A DNA stretch of 32,000 nt from Pelodictyon phaeoclathratiforme BU-1 (GTDB lineage: Bacteria; Bacteroidota; Chlorobiia; Chlorobiales; Chlorobiaceae). The stretch spans positions 2,252,409 to 2,284,408 of the forward strand of contig NC_011060.1 of assembly GCF_000020645.1 (NCBI RefSeq), in the 5' to 3' direction. Shown piece by piece: positions 18,760 to 26,223 of this stretch. The notes beneath the pieces are model-generated. The model was given only the letters and a program-made list of their open reading frames with translations, was not told the DNA's origin and searched no databases. Position numbers and translations under genes: made by a program. Every line of letters begins with the position of its first letter. Within the stretch, counting starts at the first letter, position 1.

Positions 18760-20158
18760 TCATGACGGAGAAGCAGAACGAACAACCCGAAAACCAATCT
18801 CGGAGGAACTATAAAACGGACTCTGAAAACCGGGAGCTGAGCAGCGCAGATAATCGGGAGTAGTGTCCCACGAACCGCCTCTCAAGAAAAAACGCTCTTT
18901 TTCTTTCTCATTCTCATTCCTGTGTTCCATCCACTCCCACACATTTCCTGCCATATCATACAACCCGTCAGGAGTCGCACCATCGGGATAAACACCAACC
19001 AGTGTTGTTGTCTCTTTCTTGCTCATCTTATAATTTGCACGTTGCTGCGTTGGAGAAGAACTGCCCCATGGATAGGGGCGTTGTTCCTTGCCGCTGGCAC
19101 AATATTCCCACTCAATCTCTGTCGGCAGCCGATACAATCCTGCATCCATGCATCCCGTTTCAAGACATGAAAGCCAGTAGCAATACGCTTTTGCGGCATA
19201 CCAGCTTACCCCAACCACCGGTTGATGATCCTTGTTGAATCGGTCATCATCTTCATAAACGGAACGTAAGCGCTCTGTCAAATCCGACTCCCCCTGAAGA
19301 TAGTCGTAGAATCCCGTCTCGTGAATTTTGTTTGCATAAAGCAAGCAACTTTTGCCTAAAAATTTCGGTAGACAGTACCTCAATAAAAGAGCCCTTGCCT
19401 GACAGGTAGTTGATAAACTGTCGATAGCGAGAGTTAGTCACAGCATATTTTGCCATGTAGAGATCAGTCACAACTTCGGACTTGTCTGTCAAAGAGTAGG
19501 TGAATGTACCTCCCTTGATCAGGATATAATGTGCACCAAGCTTGTCAAGCAGCATAAAGTTTATCCAGCGCTCTACCAACAAAACTTTATCTGCGTAAGA
19601 GATATCATCAAGATCCAACCCTCGTTGTTTCATAAGATCGGGCTGAGTCGCCTTAAACTCCATATAATTGTCAAGAATCACTTTAGGCCCAGGAATTGCA
19701 TCATTAATCTTGAGTGCATGCAAAACATCCCTGATACACTTGATCAACTTCTTAATATCATTGTCATGAGATTTGACATCTTGACCCGATATATCCGAAA
19801 TAAACTGTTGATAACGATGGGGATCCCTGTCAAGAATAAGCGACACTTTAGACTTCTGCAACTTTGAACCAAATCGTTTGGCACCAAGAAAAAGCCCTAG
19901 CTCAAAGGGCATATTAAATCTGGGCAGCTTGGTCTTTTTATCAGGTTCTGTTCTTGATATATCATGGATTCCACAACAACACTCTTCAATGATTCGATTG
20001 ATTTTTTCTATGCGTACCTGGCCGCCATCATCAAATTCGTAAGCACAGCGAGGACGAAAACCACACTTATAGACCGTAAAAAGAATAGCATCAAAAAACG
20101 GAATGTACTCTTTGTCAAAAGGGCAATTAATAAACACATTGAGGTTATGTGGTGGCAT
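18760..20158 (-). pseudogene. Frameshifted gene: N-terminal NDT/TIR-like Rossmannoid domain fused to an FGE-sulfatase (CLec-fold) domain; no NACHT
   Basis: ORFs 19253-20158 and 18760-19383 overlap in different frames and together rebuild one FGE domain (YILIKGGTFTYSL ... VSWYAAKAYCYWLS ... GLYDMAGNVWEWM ... RGGSW ... GFRVVRS). The frame switch maps to a tandem GCAAGCAA at 19341-19348. Confidence 0.7.
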
Positions 20159-20240
20159 GGCAAACGCAATTATGATTTATCCTGTACCGTAGCAACACTT
20201 GGATTTAATGACCTGTTGCTCCAATTTTCACCAATCATCA

Positions 20241-20468
20241 CTACGGGACATCCTCTCCCGATCGTGAATCCTCTACAGCCTCCAGAATATCTTTCGTTGC
20301 TGCTCTTGTTTTCACCCCTTTGACATCAAAAGGAGAATTTGAAAGCTGTTTATACACAACGGCAAATTGTTCACCACTCCGTTTTTTGATAATCACCTCT
20401 TCCGTACGAGCAAGATCAAACACCTTGGCGAATTTCTTTCGCGCTTCAGAATAGCTGTAAACTTTCAT
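20241..20468 (-). CDS. Orphan Phd/YefM-like antitoxin
   Basis: 75 aa. MKVYSYSEARKKFAKVFDLARTEEVIIKKRSGEQFAVV is a Phd/YefM-type N-terminus. Only ~80 nt separate it from the next gene, so there is no room for a cognate toxin. Confidence 0.65.
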   Translation of the reverse strand: MKVYSYSEARKKFAKVFDLARTEEVIIKKRSGEQFAVVYKQLSNSPFDVKGVKTRAATKDILEAVEDSRSGEDVP

Positions 20469-20610
20469 AACGTCTACGTCATAATTGTGATACCAATTCT
20501 ACACAATATCAGCGATGGAATCAAGCCATCGTTTCAAAACCAGTCAATACCAGATTTTTATGGATACTCGTGCCTTGAATAACAATCAGTTCTCAAAAAG
20601 TTACAAGCTG

Positions 20611-21642
20611 TCAGCTCTTTTCCACCAGCCCCAACGAGCGCAACAGATTGCGGGTATCGGCCTGCCGGGCGTGACCAACCCACCCGGCAAGGCTTTTCTG
20701 CAAGGTTTCCGGCTTGGCAAGCAGGGTGCATTGTATCCGTTTTTTTGCTCTCCGAACATTTGCTGAAGGAAGTAACCGGTAGCTCTGAAAAACTTTTTGC
20801 CCGAGAAAGCACTTCCCTTCTGTTGCCGGGTAAAGCTCTGTTCTCCCTGAATTAAGCGTCAATCTGAATTGTTGCAAAAACTCTTCGATTGCTTTTTTCC
20901 ACTCCCACAATTCATCCTTGCTATCGGAAAACAAGACGTAATCATCAACGTATCTTACGTAGCCTTTGCATCGCAACACCTCTTTTACGTAGTGATCCAG
21001 AAAGCTGAGGTAGTAGTTGGCAAAAAACTGGCTGGTCAGGTTCCCGATAGGCAGCCCTTTTCTCCGTTCATGAGGGGTAAAAAGGGTGTCACCGGGGAAA
21101 TAGTGAAAATGCTCTGCCTGTATGTTACTGTTATCAATAATGGTATCAATAAGCCACAAAGTGTCAGCGCAGGCTATTTTTCTGCGAAGCAACGATTTGA
21201 GTATCTCGTGATCGATTGATGGAAAATATTTCCGGATATCACACTTCAGCACATAAGCATACTTTTTCAGATAGTGCTGGTAGCGCTCTATGGCCTTGTG
21301 TGTTCCCTTGGCCGTTCTGTTGGCATAGGTGTCGAAAATAAAGCTCCGTTCAAGAAGAGGGCCAACAATAGTGATCAGGGCATGATGCACAACGCGGTCT
21401 TTAAAGGGAGCTGCGCTGATCATTCTTGGTTTTGGCTTGTAGATGCTGAAGGTTTTGTATGAACCGGGCTGCCAGGTTTTCGTTCGCAACTCCGAAAGAA
21501 TCTGCCAGAGGTTCTCTTCCAGAAAGGTGAAAAAGTGCAGCACCGACTGGTTTTCGCGCTTTCCTTTCGCCGCTTTTTGGGCTGCTGAAAGCACATTTTC
21601 GAAGGTTACAATGCTCTGAAAAAGGTTTTTGCTGGTTTTCAT
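20611..21642 (-). CDS. Diversity-generating retroelement reverse transcriptase
   Basis: 343 aa. RT motifs include LPIGNLTSQFFANYYL (the DGR-type I/LGxxxSQ motif) and the catalytic YVRYVDD. The size, the N-terminus (NLFQSIVTFENVLSAAQKAAKGKR) and the adjacent TR and avd fit DGR RTs. Confidence 0.9.
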   Translation of the reverse strand: MKTSKNLFQSIVTFENVLSAAQKAAKGKRENQSVLHFFTFLEENLWQILSELRTKTWQPGSYKTFSIYKPKPRMISAAPFKDRVVHHALITIVGPLLERSFIFDTYANRTAKGTHKAIERYQHYLKKYAYVLKCDIRKYFPSIDHEILKSLLRRKIACADTLWLIDTIIDNSNIQAEHFHYFPGDTLFTPHERRKGLPIGNLTSQFFANYYLSFLDHYVKEVLRCKGYVRYVDDYVLFSDSKDELWEWKKAIEEFLQQFRLTLNSGRTELYPATEGKCFLGQKVFQSYRLLPSANVRRAKKRIQCTLLAKPETLQKSLAGWVGHARQADTRNLLRSLGLVEKS

Positions 21643-21651
21643 CGTTTTGCC

Positions 21652-21699
21652 AGAAAAAAAACAGGCCGCTTTTTCAATTACTTACTCAAGCGACCTGTT
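21652..21699 (-). terminator. Intrinsic-terminator-like hairpin between the TR/spacer and the RT start
   Basis: On the minus-strand RNA, AACAGGUCGCUU (21699-21688) pairs with AAGCGGCCUGUU (21671-21660). That is 12 bp including one G-U, with a 16-nt loop, followed by U7. It ends 11 nt before the RT ATG. Confidence 0.4.
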
Positions 21700-21849
21700 T
21701 TATGGGTACTGTTCGTGCATGTTCCACTGAGTGCAATGGCAACATGCCGCAGGAGAAAGAGCCCGGGATGTCATGCCCAAAAAACTGTCCGTTATTCCTT
21801 GAAAGAACGGCATCATAATGGGCTTTAACACGCATCGAAAGGGGCATGA

Positions 21850-21974
21850 TTGGAACGGACAACCCGAAAGCCAATATTGTTGTTCCTGTTCGCCGGATGA
21901 TTGTTGTTCCGGGCAGAGCAACGCAGATTGTCGGGATTATTGTTCCAGGAACCGCCGCGCAACGCACGGGCAGA
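21850..21974 (-). repeat. DGR template repeat (TR)
   Basis: Non-coding 125-nt copy of the VRs between avd and the RT. In the target frame it reads ...[31 protein letters not shown]..., with 11 AAY codons. The boundaries are approximate (+/- 5 nt). Confidence 0.85.
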
Positions 21975-22037
21975 TCAGTTACCGGCTCTTTTCCATCATT
22001 CTGAACAAACGATAATTACCATTTATCAACGACTTAT

Positions 22038-22373
22038 TCAAGCTTTTTTTATCCATCCGCCCAGCATCTTCCCCAATTCTGAAATCTGGCTGCTCCCAAA
22101 CTCATAGGAGTTCAAGCTGATAAATTTCATGTCAAAACTCAATCGAACCAGAATGCGCAAACGCGTCAGCACCTCATCGGCCTGCTCCAGCAATGGTCGT
22201 TTGACGTTCCGCATATTGGCAACTGCCACAAGCTCTGTAAACTCGAGTATAGAATTTTCGATACGCACAGCAATACTGAACCGGTAGCTTTTGGGAAATT
22301 TCCCAGTATGCAGCAGCAGCCATTTCGAAAAATCGTAGGCCTTTTTGACGATCAGCATTTCATGATTCTGCAC
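22038..22373 (-). CDS. avd: Accessory variability determinant (Avd-like four-helix-bundle protein)
   Basis: 111 aa. KKAYDFSKWLLLHTGKFPKSYRFSIAVRIE ... ELGKMLGGWIKK matches my recollection of Avd / 23S-rRNA-IVS-family proteins. Its position between the VR and the TR is canonical. Confidence 0.8.
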   Translation of the reverse strand: MQNHEMLIVKKAYDFSKWLLLHTGKFPKSYRFSIAVRIENSILEFTELVAVANMRNVKRPLLEQADEVLTRLRILVRLSFDMKFISLNSYEFGSSQISELGKMLGGWIKKA

Positions 22374-22382
22374 AAATTTTTT

Positions 22383-22432
22383 CCCTTTCAGAGTTCCAGA
22401 AAACAGAAAGACAGAAGATCAGGAAGAGGGAC
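22383..22432 (-). promoter_or_regulatory. Candidate IMH / target-recognition flank of VR1
   Basis: 50 nt identical to 15629-15678. The TR flank diverges here (coding sense: VR ...CCGTTCCAGTCCCTCTTCC versus TR ...CCGTTCCAATCATGCCCCT). Confidence 0.5.
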
Positions 22433-25400
22433 TGGAACGGACAACCCGAAAGCCAACATTGCCGCTCCTGTGCGCCGGATGAAGGTCGTACCGGGCAGAG
22501 CAACGCAGACCGTCGGGATACTTGCTCCAGGAACCGCCGCGCAACGCACGGGCAGATTTAAAATACTCATCCGACGTATTGTTTTCGTATAAATCTTCCA
22601 TCCACTCCCACACATTGCCTGCCATATCATATAGCCCCTCCGGTGTAGCGCCATCGGGATAGCGCCCTACAGGAGTTGTGGCGCCTTCATTACTATCATA
22701 ATTGGCTCTAGTGGTTGAGGGCTCCTCCTCGCCCCAAGGGTATGTTCTGTTCTCTTTGCCACCTGCGGCATATTCCCACTCCTTTTCTGTGGGCAAATGA
22801 TAAAGGGTGCCATCCTGACCATTGCTCTCAAGCAACGAAAGCCAGAGGCAATAGGCCTTGGCGGCATACCAGGTTACACCCATCACCGGTTGATCTTCCT
22901 TGTTGAATCGCTTGTCGTCATCATAAAAAGAAGCAAGAAGCTTTACCAGCGATTCTTCACCCTTGAGATAATCGCCAAACCCCTCAATCTCCCCAGCCTC
23001 AGATCGTAGAGTTTTTGTATACAATTCAACCGATACATCCTTGGCAAATACAGGCTCTCGGGAATCCAGATAAGCAATAAATTGCCGGTACAACTTGTTG
23101 GTAACCGTATATTTGGCAACGTAAAGGTCTGGCACTGTTTCCTGCTTCTCAGTCACGGAGAAGGTAAAGGTACCTCCCTCGATAAGGATGTATTGCGCAT
23201 CGAGTTCATAGGGATTGTATCTGACAGAAATTGCCTTCACACTAACATTCACCTTACAGACGATGTCAGCGGTGATATCAGAGGCAATTTTAACCCCTGG
23301 AATTTCATAAGCAAGACGCAGAATATCGGCGTCTTTGGTGCAGTTAGCGTCAATGAACTTCTGTACAGCTTTGACAGCTTCCGGCTTACCGATGGTTTTC
23401 AAGCACTCCAAGAGATATCGCTGCCTATTTGGCGTTGTTGCCGGGTCAAGCAACTTCTTTTGCAAGGCGTCAACCTTCCTCTGGGGAGCCTCCTCAACAA
23501 GGGCAACAAGCAAGTCCTGCTGCTTTTGAGTCAAGTTTTCTGTAACCGGCGAATCAAAAAGCATCTGCATAAAGCTGTCGAACAGTTCCGCATCATCAAC
23601 ATGGCCGATAAAAAAGCGAAATACCTCCTGCCACCAGTCGTCACCAAAGCGGGTAACAAGCGTGTCAAGATAACCTGGCCGGTGCATGTTTTTCACAAGC
23701 TGCACACCCGCCAGGTACTCTCTGAATGATTTGTGCCGGAAAACATACTCTCGGTCACCATATTCCACGAGCACCCCGGCCCGATCAACAAGGTTACGGC
23801 AGAACTCCCCTGCGGGAAGCGAGTTGCAGAGGGTATCAAGCAGTTCCTGCATTTTTAACTGCATGTCAATTCTACCAACCTCGTCCTTTTTAAGCTCCTC
23901 CTGCATCCAGAGTGAGACCGGACTCAGAACGCGCCGGGCATCTTCTGCCCCAAGCAATGGGGATATTCCTCTACGCCGGTCACGATAATCGAGCATAAAA
24001 TTCAATGCCGCATCATAGAGCTTCAACCGGCTACCCGGCATATATTCTCGCTCTTTCCAGAGCATGGCCATAATCTGCAACAGCAAGGGAATCCCTGCGA
24101 GTGTTTGCATACTTCTATTTTTTTCCTGTGCCAGAAACGCAATAAGAGCATCTGCTTTTTTCGTAGCCACATGTTCCTGCTGGCTTCGCCACGCCGCCTG
24201 ATATCCTGCTGGAGGAATCTCTCCCAAGTATGCAGCCTTGAACCACTGCTGTAAAAATTGCGCCTGCTGCTCTTTTGTAAAATCCATGATATCAGCCCTC
24301 AAATGGCCAGCTTCAAGCTCAATGCCATCCCCTTTCCGATAACCCGTGCTTCGTGACGTCACAACAAAACGGGCATTGGTAAATCCACCAACCGTGCGGT
24401 CTATCCAGCCACAGACCGCTATCCGGTCGTGAACATCGCTGATTTCGTCGAGACCATCGAGAAGCACCAATGTTGACGGCTTGTCAAGCCAGCCGGAAAA
24501 GAGTGTTTCTTCAATCTTGAGAAAATGTTTTTCCGACCATGCCGCCAGGTTTTCCGATAATGACATGTAGCCGGTATCACTTTTCTTGAGTTCACGCAAC
24601 GGAAGAAAAAAAACATTGACTGGTTCACGAAAGCCAAACTCCTGATAGCGTTTGTTATCGAAGCAGGAGAGTGCATAATATTTGAGCAAAGTTGTCTTTC
24701 CCGAACCGGGATCACCGATAACGAGCAGTAAAAGATTATGCTGAAAAACAAAGCTCATCACCTCTTCAGGGGTACTGTTGCGTTCATCCTTCTGCGGTTC
24801 GCACAAAGCCTCCCCTGCACGAAATCGCTCTTCGCACCGCGATGAACCTGAGAGAGTTAACGAAACGAAGGTGTCGGATAGTTTTACTGAAAAACTTTCA
24901 AGGGCGGGAGAGCCTGTCAGGGTGATATTTCCGAGTTGTTGTTTCAATGTGGATTGGTAGCGGAACAAATCAGCCGCAGCGTTGCGGGTATGCGAGCAAA
25001 TACGATTGCCTGAAAAAACGACATCCGAATTTTTTTGAGCGAACCAGTTCTGAATCTGAAGGTCAAGATGTGTGACAAGATCGCTCTTGAACATGGAGAG
25101 ATCATCATATTCCCACAAAAGAAGATAATTTTGCAATGTTTTCCGGAAAGTCTCAAGCTCTCCAACCTGCCGGGAAAATTCTGCCACCTTGCCTGCATCA
25201 GAAGTGTCAAGAGGATACTTTGCTCTGGAAAAATAGAGCATGACCTGTTTTTCATCGTTCATCAGGCGCTGTACCTCTTCAACTGCTCCTCCCGGCGCAA
25301 CACCTGTATCGGTGCCAATCCTTGTCCAAAAAATAGCAATGGCAAAATGGCATTGATCTACGAACTGTCTGTTGAGAATTCCCTGCGTCCGTTCCCCGCT

Positions 25401-25568
25401 TTGAGGAGCAGCGCGTTCCTCCCACAATACAGGATCAAGTATGAGTTCAGACTCTGGATGTCGGTGATTCCAGCCCAATATTACCTCTTTGGCAATATCC
25501 CGCTCTTCTGCTACATCTGAAGGCGAAGCAACAAGAACTTTTATTTTGCGATACAATTTATCACTCAT
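22419..25568 (-). CDS. STAND NTPase: N-terminal DUF4062/NDT/TIR-like domain - NACHT - C-terminal FGE-sulfatase (CLec-fold) domain; DGR target 1
   Basis: 1049 aa. GDPGSGKTTLLKYYALSC, LVLLDGLDEI and FTNARFVVTSRSTGYRKGDGIELEA are shared with the 15665-18688 paralog. The C-terminal FGE motifs are YILIEGGTF, VTWYAAKAYCLWLS, GLYDMAGNVWEWM, RGGSW and GFRVVRS. Confidence 0.85.
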   Translation of the reverse strand: MSDKLYRKIKVLVASPSDVAEERDIAKEVILGWNHRHPESELILDPVLWEERAAPQSGERTQGILNRQFVDQCHFAIAIFWTRIGTDTGVAPGGAVEEVQRLMNDEKQVMLYFSRAKYPLDTSDAGKVAEFSRQVGELETFRKTLQNYLLLWEYDDLSMFKSDLVTHLDLQIQNWFAQKNSDVVFSGNRICSHTRNAAADLFRYQSTLKQQLGNITLTGSPALESFSVKLSDTFVSLTLSGSSRCEERFRAGEALCEPQKDERNSTPEEVMSFVFQHNLLLLVIGDPGSGKTTLLKYYALSCFDNKRYQEFGFREPVNVFFLPLRELKKSDTGYMSLSENLAAWSEKHFLKIEETLFSGWLDKPSTLVLLDGLDEISDVHDRIAVCGWIDRTVGGFTNARFVVTSRSTGYRKGDGIELEAGHLRADIMDFTKEQQAQFLQQWFKAAYLGEIPPAGYQAAWRSQQEHVATKKADALIAFLAQEKNRSMQTLAGIPLLLQIMAMLWKEREYMPGSRLKLYDAALNFMLDYRDRRRGISPLLGAEDARRVLSPVSLWMQEELKKDEVGRIDMQLKMQELLDTLCNSLPAGEFCRNLVDRAGVLVEYGDREYVFRHKSFREYLAGVQLVKNMHRPGYLDTLVTRFGDDWWQEVFRFFIGHVDDAELFDSFMQMLFDSPVTENLTQKQQDLLVALVEEAPQRKVDALQKKLLDPATTPNRQRYLLECLKTIGKPEAVKAVQKFIDANCTKDADILRLAYEIPGVKIASDITADIVCKVNVSVKAISVRYNPYELDAQYILIEGGTFTFSVTEKQETVPDLYVAKYTVTNKLYRQFIAYLDSREPVFAKDVSVELYTKTLRSEAGEIEGFGDYLKGEESLVKLLASFYDDDKRFNKEDQPVMGVTWYAAKAYCLWLSLLESNGQDGTLYHLPTEKEWEYAAGGKENRTYPWGEEEPSTTRANYDSNEGATTPVGRYPDGATPEGLYDMAGNVWEWMEDLYENNTSDEYFKSARALRGGSWSKYPDGLRCSARYDLHPAHRSGNVGFRVVRSSPSS
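22433..22557 (-). repeat. DGR variable repeat VR1
   Basis: Gap-free alignment to TR 21850-21974. I count 14 differences, 13 at TR adenines (coding strand) and one at a non-adenine (22521). Confidence 0.85.
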
Positions 25569-25861
25569 TCTTCCTCGAGCCCCATTAATCGTCTTGTATG
25601 ATAAAGAGAGATAACAACAACCCGTGATACTTTTTCGTCTACTCTGTAAACAATCCGGTACTCTCCATGCAACAACTCACGAAGAGAATCTTCAGAAAAT
25701 TCCGGAACAACTCTTCCGATATAAGGGAAATCAGCAAGTTTCATAACGGATTGCCTGACAGATTCCGCCCAATTTCTGGCTGCACCGGGTTTATCAACAG
25801 CAATAAACCGCACAACCTCTTCAATCTGAGAGGCCGCACGTTCTGAAAATTCGACGATCAT
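25565..25861 (-). CDS. parE: ParE/RelE-superfamily toxin
   Basis: 98 aa. The architecture ...FPYIGRVVPEF ... LRELLHGEYRIVYRVDEKVSRVVVISLYHTRR is typical of ParE-like toxins. There are 4-nt overlaps with the upstream antitoxin and with the downstream NACHT gene. Confidence 0.8.
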   Translation of the reverse strand: MIVEFSERAASQIEEVVRFIAVDKPGAARNWAESVRQSVMKLADFPYIGRVVPEFSEDSLRELLHGEYRIVYRVDEKVSRVVVISLYHTRRLMGLEEE

Positions 25862-26148
25862 CGCTTTTCAGCTTCGGCAATGATCTTTTCAAGCGAGGCA
25901 AAAACCTCCTTTGCTGGTACAGTGCGGTTGTTGCGATAATCTTCAAGCCCTTCGGTAACCGACTGCATAAATGCTATTTGATCAAGCATCTGTTGATATG
26001 ATTCCGCATCAAGCAGCACAGCCGAACCTCTCCCTGTCCGCGTTAACAGCAGCGGTTGTTTGCTGACGCTCAGCTCCTCCATATACCGTTCGATATTGTT
26101 TCCGAAATCTGTTAATGGAGCAACGTTCCTGACTTGAATGGTATGCAT
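25858..26148 (-). CDS. Phd/YefM-type antitoxin of the ParE toxin
   Basis: MHTIQVRNVAPLTDFGNNIERYMEELSVSKQPLLLTRTGRGSAVLLDAESYQQM is Phd/YefM-like. I prefer the ATG at 26148 over the track start at 26208. Confidence 0.8.
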   Translation of the reverse strand: MHTIQVRNVAPLTDFGNNIERYMEELSVSKQPLLLTRTGRGSAVLLDAESYQQMLDQIAFMQSVTEGLEDYRNNRTVPAKEVFASLEKIIAEAEKR

Positions 26149-26223
26149 GGCATTCACAAGAAGTAATAAGGTGACACTATCTTGTACAAGGTAACTCCAT
26201 TCATACAAAAATCATTACCCGTT

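Larger units (their letters stand above)
20611..22557 (-). mobile_element. DGR core cassette: VR1 - avd - TR - spacer - RT
   Basis: Canonical gene order and repeats, as itemised in the individual features. Confidence 0.85.

Noticed and set aside
21686-22015. ORFs 21686-21967(-), 21700-21921(-) and 21818-22015(+) lying over the TR
   Set aside because: They are read-through translations of the non-coding template repeat and spacer. They contain the Asn-codon-rich or antisense versions of the VR scaffold and have no start context. The TR explains the region.
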